DNA of 64,000 nucleotides from Oculina patagonica (Eukaryota): NCBI RefSeq assembly GCF_052425735.1, contig NC_135759.1, positions 29,078,001 to 29,142,000 of the forward strand, read 5' to 3'. Shown piece by piece: positions 23,317 to 36,147 of this stretch (position 1 is its first letter; each line of letters starts with the position of its first letter). The notes under the pieces were generated by a model. It saw only the letters and a program-made list of their open reading frames with translations, ran no database searches and was not told where the DNA came from. The position numbers and the translations under genes were made by a program.

Positions 23317-24861
23317 ATGAAGGCGTTCATTACCGTGATCTGTCTTGTATCGTTACTGCTGCATTATGGTGAGTGATTATTATTGCTACTTCATGCTTAT
23401 ATAGAAAAAAGTGACCTTTGGTTGCTATTTTTATCTTTATAAAAAATTTGGAAAAATAAAATATACTTTGGCCATGAGAAAGACAATCTACTTATGCCGT
23501 GTTTTTTCGAGAGAGTTTGACTTATAAATTTGCTTGAATAGCGGTTATCTAACCTGATCAGGGTTATTGAGTCAAGTGTTTTCACGTGGCAAAGTGGCCA
23601 AGGTAGACGGCGAAAAGCCTCGTGAACTGAAGGTACATTTGGGAAAATCAAGAAGCCATGAAGTTGTGAAACTGAACCAGGACATTCGCTGTAATTATTA
23701 ACTGTTTATTTTGTTTTTAGAAGTTTGACTGGCCCTAATATTTTAGGTAGTGAAGCTTCTATTTCGATCTATTAGGAAAACCGAACATGTCTATGGTAAC
23801 GAACTTAAATCGATGCTTAGAATAGGGACTACTGTCTTTTGCAAAACATGTCGTATAGTATGTGTGGAGGAAAAAGAAACAATACTTATTAAGTGTATTT
23901 TAACAGTTGTTGTGCTCAGTTTTTGCTGGAACTGGCTTTGCGCATCGCCAAAGCATTCGAGGTTAATTTGCAGGTACCACAAAATAAAAGAAATAAAGGT
24001 TCCCCATCCCGCAAAAAAAGAAAGAAAGAAAATGCAAATCCTGCAAACAGTTTTGGTAGTCTGTTTACAGACCCTCCTTTAGAGCTCGTCGAGAGGGCGC
24101 CAGGCGGTGATGGGGTCGCGTGCTTGCTAGCTAGGAAAAAAAAAGAAACGTCTTAGGATATTCTAACTTTTGGCGGTAACCGGTCTGGTAAGACCTTGGT
24201 TACTGAGCTGACATACTCTTGCGCCTCAGTCGTCAGTTGTTGCGGTGATAAATTCGTGAATGTTGTGATAGATATATTGATATTCTTGTTTGTTAATGTT
24301 TTTTTTTTAAATCGATACCGATAATTTGCCACTACAGAAAATATTAAAAATATTAAGGAGCTCTGAGTTTTAACTTGCAGTTTAAACACCGATCTTGTTT
24401 TAATTCGCCAATGATAGATGTGACTGATCAAAAAAAATTCAAACCTTTTAACCATCATTTCACCTATGCCAATAATGTATCGGTTTTACGCTCTTTAAAT
24501 AGTCTGATGTTCACTCTTGCCAAAGTCAGTTATTCTGTGGGTGGCAATTTATAAGGCTATTATCTCTCTTTGGTGAGTGCTTGTCAATTTAATTACAAGG
24601 CTATTATCTCTCTTAGGTGAGTGCTTGTCGTGCTACGAATGCCCCGAATCTTCCACTTGGTCCCAGTGCACCGCTCATCAGGAAATACGTTATTGTGAGC
24701 CCGGATGGAGATGCGTGACAATGGAGGAGGCGCCTGAAGGAAAGAACAAGTACCATCGAAGAACGTGCAGTGAAGAGTCGGTGTGCAGCGAATTCTGCAA
24801 AGATAAGAAGGATTGCGTATACAAGTGCTGTAACAGTAATCTTTGTAACAGAGGCCAGTAG
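23317..24861 (+). CDS. Secreted Ly6/uPAR (three-finger) protein, 12 Cys in the mature domain, no GPI signal
   Basis: Exon 1 is 23317-23368 (MKAFITVICLVSLLLHY, G|GTGAGT). Exon 2 is 24617-24861 (tctctcttag acceptor, phase 1): GEC/LSCYEC...KCCNSNLCNRGQ*. It has the LxCxxC start and CCxxxxCN end of LU domains. AATAAA at 24918. Confidence 0.9.
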
Positions 24862-25012
24862 AGATTTGAAGAAACGGCTTGTGAATAATTTAAAAGTAGA
24901 AAGAGTTTGAGAAAATGAATAAAACCAAGCAGTGTAGCCTCAGTGTAAGGCTGATGATATGTCTAGTGATATTATATTTACTGAATCCAGCGAATGTTGG
25001 GTAGATGTATTG

Positions 25013-25036
25013 CAATCAATCAATCAATCAAACAAT

Positions 25037-25074
<38 letters not shown>
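25013..25074. repeat. (CAAT)n microsatellite
   Basis: Direct reading. Confidence 0.9.
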
Positions 25075-25393
25075 TCTTTTTTAGCGTGTTCAGTATGCCA
25101 AACCAAATTGTTTTGTCGTTGTTGTTTCCAAAAACAGAATTCTAACAAGATGGCCAAGCCTCGTATCTCGTAAAGCTCATGATGCTGATTTCAGAATCAA
25201 TGATTGGTGGCGCAAAGTCATTGCCAAAAAGCCAATTGATAATCATGCGTGGTTCGTGCAATTTTTGCATCAGAACGAGGCTAGCTAGCAACAATTTATT
25301 GCAAATAAAGTGAATCATCTGAAGTCACTCTCTCTAGGCCAACTCGTCTCATTTCCTTTTTTTTATCTTTGTGAGCCTGGAACAAGCTTATCA

Positions 25394-25675
25394 TAGAGCA
25401 GTTTTCAATTGACTGTCGTTAAACCAAAACCAAAGTAATTACTCTGGCCAAACAAAAGGGACACAGACAATCCAGTGGACCAATCAAAACTCGAAGCAAA
25501 TACACGTAGCTGACACGAAGCTTGGGAAAACGTGCGCGAGCGAGTCACGATTGGTTTTGGTTTTACGAGTTCCGATTGGCTGAGAAAGTGGCGCGAGATT
25601 TTTAAGCCAGTCACTAAGCGTAGTAATGCAAAACCAAAGCAAACGCAATTTACTTTTGACACTCAAGTGAAAACT
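25394..25675. mobile_element. Dispersed MITE-like repeat
   Basis: Imperfect TIRs gttttcaattgactgtcg / tgacactcaagtgaaaac; a second partial copy at 57136-57290. Confidence 0.75.
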
Positions 25676-27957
25676 TGAGTTCTATGGAACTGGTGACCAA
25701 CTAGAGTTATTTGTTTAGAAAGAAGATACTGCAGCTAAATTTGAATATTTAGAGATTAAGCTTAATGTACAGAAAAGGTGTATGCCATCTTCGTTGGGAA
25801 AGTCAGAAATACGTGCTGTAACTTTATTGGTGTACAAAGAGACAGGAACTAAGATTTTAATCATTAAAAACAAAGTGTATTGATGAGCAAAGGCTCAGAT
25901 TATTTATCAGTGACGGGGTTTTTCTTGCAATTTATCATCTCTTGTTATTGCTGTTATTATTTAATATTCATTTTATTTCAATCTGTTTTTTAATTATATT
26001 TTCTCTTTGTGTATTCGCTTCTAAGAGTTGTTGGTAGAAGATTATATAAAAAAAAGAAAATTATGAAAACTAAAACTAATAATAAGATTTTTGTATCACC
26101 CAAAACATTGAACAATGTCTATAACGCCGTATAGTAAATCAATGTCGAGACGAATATGATAACAGCTACAGAAGGAAACATGGAAAGGGAATCAATATCA
26201 CCGTTGCCAAGGATGTTATAAACATGAACTGATTTTCATCGTAAAGTTGTCTTTGTAACAAATAAAAACTGGAGTAAATTAAAATAAAAGAAAAGAAAAT
26301 GAAAAGAAATAAACGTTTTTCAAAGATATCTTTTCTTGTGGTACGTGCTTGTCAACGTATGGCTTTCCAAAGAGAAAAATTAATGTGTTTTGATCATAGC
26401 ATATATAGATTACACAAGCAAAGAACATAGATTAGATAGCAAAGATTATTTCCCCGCAAAAGACTTATTTTTACTTTGTAAACAATCACGACCAAAGCAA
26501 ATAGATTATCTAAATAAACCAAGTGATTAAAAAAATTGTCCTTTTCTATATTTACTTTACAAGCATATGATTGTGCAAGAGATTTATCCGGTAAAACAGG
26601 ATTATTTCAGTAATATGTTTCGTAATAGGTCGGTTCACTATTTATTGGAAGCTTTTTGGAAGCTTTCGCTCAGTTGGACATAAAAAAAAATCAAACAGAA
26701 GAAAAGCATTCGTTGGTACATTTATGGAATCGACGAAAACATTGGAACTTGATAAAACCGGAGGGCAATTCTTAATTTTGATGCTTGCATGTAATTTCCA
26801 AGTTTTTACAACAGTTACATGACGAATTTAAATTACGAGTTTAAATACAGTACAGGGATTGAAGACATATACGAAGCGAACTGATATGGAAAAGAAAATA
26901 TAGTACAAAGGAAACAGATAGAGACTGATGGACAGATGGACTTTGAGAAAAATACATAGCAAATAACGCTGCCATTTGATCGAGGTTAATTTTAATAGTA
27001 CTGATTAAATTAATATTTCTGGTTCTGGCAGTCTATCTTACGAAAGGAAAGTGATGGCCGCGGTACGTAAGGGTATAGCCAAAATATAGCGCTGAGTTTC
27101 AAATCAAAAGAAAAGAAATTAAAAATTGTATTTACATTGCGGAGGGTGAATTATTTGCACAATATTCACGGCCTGCTTGATGAAAAACAAACAATATTTG
27201 AGTATTTCTAAAACCCTTTTAAAATATTCAGTGCTTCTAAGTGGGATTAACAATACCTCTTCGTAGTGCGATTACTATTTGTTTTCAAACTTATTTCTCT
27301 GTGGAAGGTTAGTTAAAGTTCTTTCTTGGTACTATTCAGGTTATTAAAGAGGTCGTTTGAAAAGCCGCTTACTTGTGTAAATAGTTATATGCGGTTTCCT
27401 GGCCTCCTCCCATTAGCAAACACCGACACAGAAATAGGAAACATCAATTTTATTTGGGTCGCTCCATAACATGGCTTGATAATACAAAATCTAATAGGCT
27501 GTCAAGGGAGATTAAACGTAAGTATATATACGTTTTTTGTAGACTAGTTTAGCTGTATTAGTCTTTTTCAGCAGTTTTCTGTGCTCATTTGCCAAAAATT
27601 CTAAATGCTACTCTTTTGTAAATGTAATTACGTTTGGTGCGAAGATGTTTCTTTTCGGTTCACCTTTGTTAACATGTGTACATGTTACGATTATCGACAT
27701 TTGGTACTATAATACCTTTTAAAATTATACACCATCTACGCTCTCATCGTTTTCTCAAGTGACTTAATCTTTCACGTTGTCTACACATGGCCTTTTCTGT
27801 TCAACAACTGAAAATAGGTCATGCTACAGCTAATATAAATGGATTTTATTGATTAATAAATGTTTCAAATGAAATATCTCATTGCATATCTTCCATTTTG
27901 TTTTCTGTTTTTAGTTCTAAAGGTAATTTTGCTTGGGTTGCTGACACAACCAAAGGA

Positions 27958-28908
27958 ATGGCAGTAAACATTGCAAATAGTACCAACAATTTGACAAATT
28001 TAACTGGAAAATACAGCGGTGATAGCCCGGCGGAGCAGCCTACTTGGTACTGGATCATGAAAGGCTTGATCTCGCTCCTGACAGTGTTCGGCAATGGTCT
28101 TGTCGTTTTTCTTATTCTAAAACGGCGAAATCTCCAAGTCACTTGTAACTGGTTCGTCTTTTCGTTATCCGTGGCGGATTTTTTCGTTGGACTCGTTCTT
28201 CCCTCAGTATCTTTTATCTGTCACCAGGAAGACATTTTTTGTAATAACGCAGTGTTTTTCTCTTCCTTCAATGCAATACTTGCTATTTCTATCGCCAATA
28301 CCTGCATGATGACCTTTGACAGATACATAGCGCTTGTGCATGCTCTGAAATACAACATGTTTATGACTTCAATGCGAGTTATCCTTTTAATAGCAAGCTC
28401 TTGGGTATTACCAGCAACGCTCGCATATTTACCTTTTTTGTGGCAAGACCAGGTCTCCATTGAAGTTCAAGACCAAGCTAAGAAGGTTTACACAGCGGCA
28501 ATGCTAATCCTTTTTGAATTTCTACCACCGGTAGTCTTATTGTTCATGTACTTGAAAATACTACACACGGCTCGGAAACTTCGAAGACGAACCGCCGTAC
28601 AGCTTGCCCAGTTGAGATTTAATCAAGCTATAGAAGCTGATACAATTCCTGACTACAGATTGCGACTTCAAGAGAGATCTGTCCGAGTCATCGGAGCTGT
28701 TGTTATCCTGTTTGTCATTTGTTGGGCGTTTGATATCTACAAATCACTCTGCCGACATTATTTTGAGTGCCATTATGTCGACAAAATTGTTCTAGACCGA
28801 TTGTCATTGGTTTTTATCTACACAAACTCTGCTGTTAACCCAGTTGTATATGCATTGCTAAAGAGGGACATTAGAACCGAGCTACGAAATCTATTTCGAT
28901 GCCCATAA
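27958..28908 (+). CDS. Orphan class A GPCR, intronless CDS
   Basis: ATG 27958 (MAVNIANSTNNLT); GN, LSVAD, DRY, NSAVNPVVY, LKRDIRTEL. Confidence 0.95.
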   Translation: MAVNIANSTNNLTNLTGKYSGDSPAEQPTWYWIMKGLISLLTVFGNGLVVFLILKRRNLQVTCNWFVFSLSVADFFVGLVLPSVSFICHQEDIFCNNAVFFSSFNAILAISIANTCMMTFDRYIALVHALKYNMFMTSMRVILLIASSWVLPATLAYLPFLWQDQVSIEVQDQAKKVYTAAMLILFEFLPPVVLLFMYLKILHTARKLRRRTAVQLAQLRFNQAIEADTIPDYRLRLQERSVRVIGAVVILFVICWAFDIYKSLCRHYFECHYVDKIVLDRLSLVFIYTNSAVNPVVYALLKRDIRTELRNLFRCP

Positions 28909-29225
28909 ACATGTGATATATAAACATTTGTTTTGGAAAAAATTAGATTTTACCAAAGATTAAGATCCCACAGCAATGCCAGTCATAATGAAGTGTTTTC
29001 ACGCCGCTAGCCTGGCAATGGAAGTAACAGATAATTTTGCCATAATAAAAGCCTAATTTGGTGTTTTAGCAATCTTCTTTGTATGTCTGTCTTACTATCG
29101 TCCTCTTATCAATTTCGCCGCATTTATATACCTAAAAAATGATTAAATAACAAGTTTACTAAGTCAGAACAAATATTAAGGTGAACTCTGAAATATTATT
29201 TCCCTAACTGATCCAGTACCGAGTT

Positions 29226-29444
29226 CTGACTCGTCCCCAGTCGTCTTTTGAGTCCGTCTTGAGTCGACTGCTGAACACGGAGGGAATCATGGGAAGGAAG
29301 AGAAGAAGCGAAGGAGACGACTGGCAGATTAATCCGTCCGCCATCTTGGAAACAAGATCTGCCAGTCGTCTCTCGCCTTTCCTCCTTCCCGCCACCCTTC
29401 CCGTCTTGCAATTTTCGCATAAGAGACGACTAGGGACGAGTCAG
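29226..29444. mobile_element. 219-bp MITE with a perfect 10-bp TSD
   Basis: TIRs ctgactcgtccccagtcgtc / gacgactagggacgagtcag; GTACCGAGTT at 29216-29225 and 29445-29454. Confidence 0.85.
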
Positions 29445-31168
29445 GTACCGAGTTATCAACAACTGAATAAGATGTAAAGCGAAAAAAACCTTTTTTGACG
29501 ATGTATGCTACATTGCATTTCTTGAACGCTTAAGCAAACACCTCAGTAGAATCTAGTCCTAATTATTCTGCAGTCATTTGTCTGCTCGCCCTCGCCCGCT
29601 TCAGACTATCCGCTCCATAGCCAGCACTTAAAGTAATCTGCAGTAACCTTCTACCTTCAACCTTTCTTTTGTCTCTTTTTCACCAAAAACAATGTTTTCA
29701 GAATATGTACAGCATAAAACAAAAAATAACTCAGAGTTCATAGTTTTTATCAGTTCCCTTTATTGGAGATAAATCTGATATAACTAGTTTTAGGCATCAC
29801 GGACGATGTCAGTCCTTCCAAATTCAGTTACAGTAAACCCTGGCATAACTAACCACAGTTATAACAAGCATAGTTTTCCTAATCTCTTGGCAGTTCGTTT
29901 CATCAAGTTTCCACTGCACTAGCAATGGGGTATTTTGTTTTCCGGCGTTTATCACCAATTTGAAAGATGTATTTTATAAATTCGTTCAGCTCTTATATTT
30001 TCCTACTAAGAGGTAAATAAATAACAATATGACTATTTTAAAGTTGCAGCGGCGAATACATGTATTATCGCAATTCTCTGTACAAAAAGCACGCTAGAAT
30101 ACGTCTTTAAGAATATTTCTAGAAGTACGCGGTATATGACATAGTAGCCTTAATTCAAAGTCACAGCAAGGATGTAATTAATCTTTTTTTTAAACTAAGC
30201 CAATACCTCATATATCATTGAATCATTTTATCTATCTGCAAGACTATACAAATTTGTCACATCACCATCTCGTTCTTATGGTATTGCCAAAAATGGCTCT
30301 TAGAACTAATCAGAGTTAATGGGATGGTAACATTAAAGTAAATATACTCATTTGAACCTGGTTGTCAAGGGAAAATTATGGCTTTTGAACAAACACTCTT
30401 TAGACCAAAATGACGGTCTCAAAGTAAAAGAAAAATTGCGACTACTTTGGAAACTTGAAACCTTTGAAACTCGAGAAGCAATTTCCCACTACTTAGCCAC
30501 CTGCCACCTAACTTTGACGCTTAGAAAAAAAAAAAATGAAAGGCAAATTCATTTTACTAGAATTGACAACGAGAATTATTGCAATCAGTATACGAAAAGA
30601 GCTTTATTCTCCGTGAGAGAACGCTGAATGTGTTTTTAGTAGTTTGTTTATCAGTTGACCAACGCAAAATTCAATACTAAATAGATTATTCTTATTTTTC
30701 CACCATGTCTATCAGTTATGGTTATTCTTACGCTTGTGAGCTTTTTTGTGTACCCTGTTTGTCAGTAATGTCAACGACATGGCTCAAATATTTCTTTTTA
30801 AGAGGAACAGCGGAAGTAAAGTATAAACACAGATCTTTCGTGTTTACCTGCTTGCATTTTGCAATTTAAAGCTACGTTCCCCTTTCCTTCATTATCCAAA
30901 TCATTTTCTGTTAATTTAACTAATCGAGAGTTCGCCTCTTTGTCCGTCGCATCTTAAAATACATAAATTTGCGTTATTTAAAAATAATAGAATAAGCAGC
31001 TGAATTCTGCTGGAAATTGATATTTAAAGCGTCTCGTCAATATTAAATGAATGTCGTTAACAAAGATTTGTGCCAAAAAATATTTTAGAACTTAACAGTT
31101 CGTTGTACGAATAAATGTCAGTGTTGCGAGTTCTTACCATCGCATAGCTGAATTTTGCGAGGCGGAGA

Positions 31169-32164
31169 CTAACAAGACTGGCCGGCCATCCGAGTTTCCG
31201 TTAAATGCAGATCTTGCCCTCGTATACGGTTTCTTGTCAGCGATAACGTACGAACCAGCTCTCTTCTAAAGTCTTGTTTTAGAATCGCGTACACAACTGG
31301 GTTAGCTGCAGTACTGGTAACTAAGAAAATCCTCGAAGCCCAGATCATAGGAAGTTGAACTTTATGCAGGGAAAAGCTTCCACTAATTCCTCTGTAAATC
31401 GAGAAAGCCCAGCTAAAGACGAAGAAGAAGATTACCGCACCAAGAACAAGAACGGAATAAGACTTTCGAGTTACTCGTTGGGCCATTTGCTGGCATATTC
31501 TCGAGTTCATACTAATTTGCTCCACTTGAACTCGTTGACGCTTGGAATGCTTGAAAGTAATACGCGATATCTTCGCATAGGCAAGCAGAAGTCCAACGCA
31601 AGGCAAAATGGCAAATGTAAACATTTGAATAACACCGAAAATCCTTCCAGCGTTTTGATGGTCAATGCTTGGGCTCAGTAAAATATAAAGTGATGGTATC
31701 GTGTGCAGAAATACAGGCAAGGTCCACCCTATCAAAATGGTCACAACAATTCGTTTTGGAGACATTAGCACAGGGTATCGTAAAGGGTACACGACCCGAC
31801 AAAATCGATCCCCTGTCATCGTGCAAACATTTACCACTGAAGCACAAAGAAAGAAGTCACAGAAGACCTTGAAAATGGGAGAGCATTGGAGCCCGAAATG
31901 GCAAATAAAAGAACCTGGTATTGTTGTGACGGCAGTCAACAAGTCAGAAAAGGAAAGGGACAAAATGAAGCTGTTGCAAGTTGTTTGTAGCCTCCGACGC
32001 GTTGTGATTAAGAAAATGACTAAAGTGTTGCCGAGGATAGCAACGACACCAATTGTGGCCATGATGATCCAAAACCAGATCTCAGGAGGAACTTCTTGAT
32101 TTCTTCCTTTGCCATTTGGAGTCTGAGTTGCATTAACAGGTACAGTTTGGTTGTTTTCATCCAT
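31169..32164 (-). CDS. Orphan class A GPCR, intronless CDS
   Basis: GN, LSFSD, DRF, AANPVVY, LKQDFRREL; glycosylated N-terminus. Confidence 0.95.
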   Translation of the reverse strand: MDENNQTVPVNATQTPNGKGRNQEVPPEIWFWIIMATIGVVAILGNTLVIFLITTRRRLQTTCNSFILSLSFSDLLTAVTTIPGSFICHFGLQCSPIFKVFCDFFLCASVVNVCTMTGDRFCRVVYPLRYPVLMSPKRIVVTILIGWTLPVFLHTIPSLYILLSPSIDHQNAGRIFGVIQMFTFAILPCVGLLLAYAKISRITFKHSKRQRVQVEQISMNSRICQQMAQRVTRKSYSVLVLGAVIFFFVFSWAFSIYRGISGSFSLHKVQLPMIWASRIFLVTSTAANPVVYAILKQDFRRELVRTLSLTRNRIRGQDLHLTETRMAGQSC

Positions 32165-34101
32165 CGGCTTTAAAAATTTTGTTGTCAGAAGAAATCAAAG
32201 TTTAAAGCGCTAGTGCTTGTAAACTGTAAACTAACCTTTTGGGAACGACAAGTTCTTGTGGTAACTTGTACTCTAGAGGAGGACGAGTTTTGACTTTGCA
32301 CCAGTAACGACCTTGTAGCTTTGTCTTTCTTTATAAAACTGAGCACGTAGAAACCATAAATTTAGAGCTTTCAGTCAGCGATCTCTCCTTACCATTGGTC
32401 GTGCAGTTTTCCTTTAGGATTAATGGTTGACGTATGCTACTTTTATCTCAAGCTTAATATTTCTTAAGAAGTAAACACAGCTGCCTTACTTAGAATGCTT
32501 TCATGAAACTTTGCAAACAAAATTAAATTTCTTTATTTTATTTTCAAGTTTACCTTTTTGTTGTCGTTGCCGACTCTTGCCGAGATTTTTTGTACTAGCA
32601 ACTCACTAACAAACATTAATATAATCAAGGAAACGAAGGAGCAATATTAGCCGTTTTTAATTGTCAACATTGAAGCATTTCGTTTTGTCTTATCTGCACT
32701 TGACTGCTCATTTCCTCGATTTATTTTCTCAACTTGACAAAGTGTCATCTCTGTTTAAACTACGTTGACAACGTAGTGAATACATTTCATTTGGGAGTAA
32801 AACATATTTTATTGCATTAGCCTCGACGAAAAGTTAAAAAAAAAAGAACTAGGGAAGTAGTAGAAATCGTCAATCTTTTGGTTCAACATTGCTACTTAGC
32901 TAATAAAGTCAATAATCGAACTTATTTATGAAATCTTTCAACGAAAATAATGACACGAATAGGTCACGGACGAACGCGCGGTCTGCTTTGTGCGAATATT
33001 TAGAAGATCTTTATATTTACTACGCCTTGATTATCTTTATATTTATAACGGCTTGGTGAAAGAAATTTCACTTACTGAAAATCCACAAAAACTCTCATAT
33101 AAATGTGCGCTGAAATTAAGAAATAATTTTAGGTTAAAAAAATGTTGTTTCCGTTTTTGCTGTTTACCTGGGAGAATAGCCTAAAATAGGCGTACATGAA
33201 TTAGGCATCATCCAAATATAATCAGTCTCATCTGTTCGCAGCAGGATATTAATGCTGTCACTTTTAAAATATTCAAGTCATTATTAAAGAAAATAGGAAG
33301 CATAACTTTCAGGGTGAGAAAACGTTTCGTTTCAACTTTGACACCCTATTTTTGACTTTTTTTTTTAACAAATTAGCGCCATGTCGCACAATAATTTTAA
33401 AAGCTCTCCTTCTTGTACACTTACATGCTCCAGCATGTGCTCTTTGCTGATACTTCTATACTAAACAAATACTACAGAGATTAAGTGCGAGAAATGCTTC
33501 ACCGCACACAAAGAAAAAAATGCACGCAACATGTCAAGGACGTTCTTGTTCTGCGCGGCTCAACAAAGAAACATTTTGTTACTGTGTCTAGGACGTTTCC
33601 AAGCGCATTAATGTCTTCTATTTTAAGGATTTTTGACTCAATATTAAAATACTATCCCAAGCCCCTCATTTCTACCTAGAATATATGTTACCTAATGTTA
33701 CCCGTTCTTATCTCGTGTAACCATGGTAACACAGATTATGTAGCAGGACGCTGAGTCATTTGATGTATAGATAGATACTTTATTAGGCACGAAATTCTTA
33801 AAGTTAACACTTATTCACAATGATAGCACAAGATAACACATATATAAAATAGTAGCACTGTATATTCGTTAGCCAATTTTGGATGGATGAATAAACAGAT
33901 CTGGTAAAGCACATGTTTATTTGCGTAGTCAAAAATGGCCTTTGAAAAAATATACTAAAGGGAAGAAAGCTTATCTGTCGAATATCAAATTCATGACTCA
34001 ATTTTCTGTAAAAAAGTTACGAAGAATAAAGTTATGTATTAATAACCTTGAGATTCTTTTAAAGAAATCGATAAATATCATCGACTCTTTACAACAGAAA
34101 C

Positions 34102-34208
34102 TGAGGTCATGGGTTCGATTCCCGTTCAAGACTGAATTTTTTTCAGGCTTGCTCTTCTCGACTGCTTAAGTTGAGTACATACCTGCGATGATCTTTCACT
34201 TGCTTAGA
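34102..34208 (+). mobile_element. tRNA-derived SINE fragment
   Basis: B-box GGTTCGATTCCC followed by a non-tRNA body (ctgaattttttcagg...ctgcttaagttg...tgcgatgatc). The 5' half with the A box is missing, so this is not a tRNA. Confidence 0.65.
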
Positions 34209-34750
34209 AACTTAGGTGTTATCAAATCCCCGAACCATTAACTACGTCATCTCATGCATATTCGTTTCCAGTCTCATGACCCACTCTTGCGTCCACGATG
34301 CCTCTTTGAAGAGCCAAAAATCTGATATTTTTTTTCTTTCCGTCAAATTCATCTTTCCATTAATTTTTAGAAAAAAAAGGCACAATAAGCAACCAAATTA
34401 AGCGAAAAAGTTCTTTTTACTTCAGGTACTTTGAGCATGCACAAGCAAAAAATGTTTTTGTCGTTGTTTTCCTTTTTTTTCAACTTGGCTCCGAAGCTTA
34501 AAAAATAAAACAATAGAATTATTTTTTTAACCCCCAACTTCGATGCAATTTATTTTATTTCCCGAAGGCTTGGGCCATGTTTGAATTTTGAATTTTGAAA
34601 TTGGCAAAAAATTAGCATTCCACTCACCAAAATTGCCCCCAAAAATCCCCCTAATTTAACAAAGTCGCACCCAAAGCTTGCAGGCGAACTATAATATAAT
34701 TGATATCAAAATGCAAAACATTATACTGAAGCACAGAATTGAACTTATAT

Positions 34751-35384
34751 TCAAAATCTTACTAACTTTCTCATCTCATCTCTAATGTCTTTCTTAAGAA
34801 AGGCGTACACGAAACATTGATAGCACTGTTGAAGAGGAGAAAGAACCGGGAAATTTGGACGAGTGTAATCGAAACTTGACAAAGTTTGAAATAATTACAG
34901 AATGCCCTGTATGCTGATAATACCCAGCATATTTCGAACAATTAATGTTGTAATTGAAAAGATTCCTAAAACGATTTCAGATTTAGTAACGTGGAGACAC
35001 GGACCCTACAACCTAGGAGGACACAAAAAAGCGGTGGTCCAACGATTTTCAACGTCCTTTTTAAAGAACTCAATCCAGCACAGAGGTGCAGTCTTATGGA
35101 ATTTTGTGTAAAGCTTCTTTAATAACGCTACCAACCACAAGCAGTTTTGCAAAAAAGCGAGAATGGACCCCATATTTAAAAAACTTAATTTTAGCAGTTT
35201 GTCGATCCAGACAACTCCGAAACACATGTGTGATTTTCAATTTTAAATCTTAATCTTTTTAAAATATAATATCGTTTATTTTAGCTTATTACAATGTAAT
35301 ATTAATTTTCTTAGGTAGGTAGATAGTCACACACGACCCCTCAAGCATGTATTTGCTTTAAAACAGATCGTGATTAAATAAAGG

Positions 35385-35457
<73 letters not shown>

Positions 35458-36147
35458 GACTACAAGGAAAAACACATGAACAATTGATTTTTCATACAGT
35501 CTGCCTCGTCTGCAATGGAAATTTATATTATACCGACTTGCTATTTGCCGTTCTAAAGCCATTATACGGCGATTTTGATTTCTGACAATGGAAAATAGGT
35601 GTATATACGTTAAAAACATGACTATACAAGGAATCATTTTAAATAATACAAAGAAAATTGCTGGATATATTTGCTCAGCTTGCTCTTGTTGTGTGTTTGA
35701 TGCCAGATACATCTAAGTCAGTGGTATAAGTGTTATGATAATAGGCACACCCCAAGCAAACGCAATCAATCTTAGCACCATTGAATTCTTCATCAGAGAC
35801 ACGTAGCGAAGAGGCCTTGTGATAGCAATGTAACGGTCAAACGACATTGCACAAAGGTTCCCAACTGAAGCGTAAAGGAGGAGGTTGTAGAACATTACCA
35901 GAATGGTGAAATTGATATCGACCCAAAATGTGTAGACGATGTAAGATGGTGCTACAATCAGCCCAATTGAGAAATCCGCGATCGATAAAGACAGGATGAA
36001 CCAGTTGGGTGTTATGTGGAGTCTCGGTCGTGTAGCGATTAAATAAATAACAAGTGCATTTCCATAAACTGTTACAAATGCGATTACAGAAATGAGTATC
36101 CAGTACCAATAGGACTCTCTTCCTTCGTCAGTTTTAGTTGCTGACAT
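34751..36147 (-). pseudogene. GPCR pseudogene (paralogue of 60773-61780) disrupted by a stop, a LINE insertion and a frameshift
   Basis: TM1-4 in 36147-35716, TAG at 35713-35715 where paralogues have W, then TM5 to the start of TM6 up to 35455. Insertion 34942-35454. Coding resumes at 34941 as LFEICWVLSAYRAFCNYFKLC...NSAINV, then a 1-nt deletion before VYAFLKKDIRDEMRKLVRF*. Confidence 0.9.
34942..35454 (+). mobile_element. 5'-truncated CR1/L2-group LINE with (ATT)n tail
   Basis: Encodes PYNLGG...FLKNSIQHRGAVLWN, the ORF2 C-terminal motif of CR1/L2-group elements, then a 3'UTR, AATAAA near 35377 and an (ATT)n tail at 35389-35454. Antisense to the GPCR. Confidence 0.8.

Noticed and set aside
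34102-34135. Possible tRNA gene
   Set aside because: Only a T-arm/B-box is present, with no cloverleaf; it continues into a SINE-like body.
35374-35456. Poly-Ile transmembrane-like C-terminus of ORF 35374-35712
   Set aside because: It is the antisense reading of a LINE (ATT)n tail.
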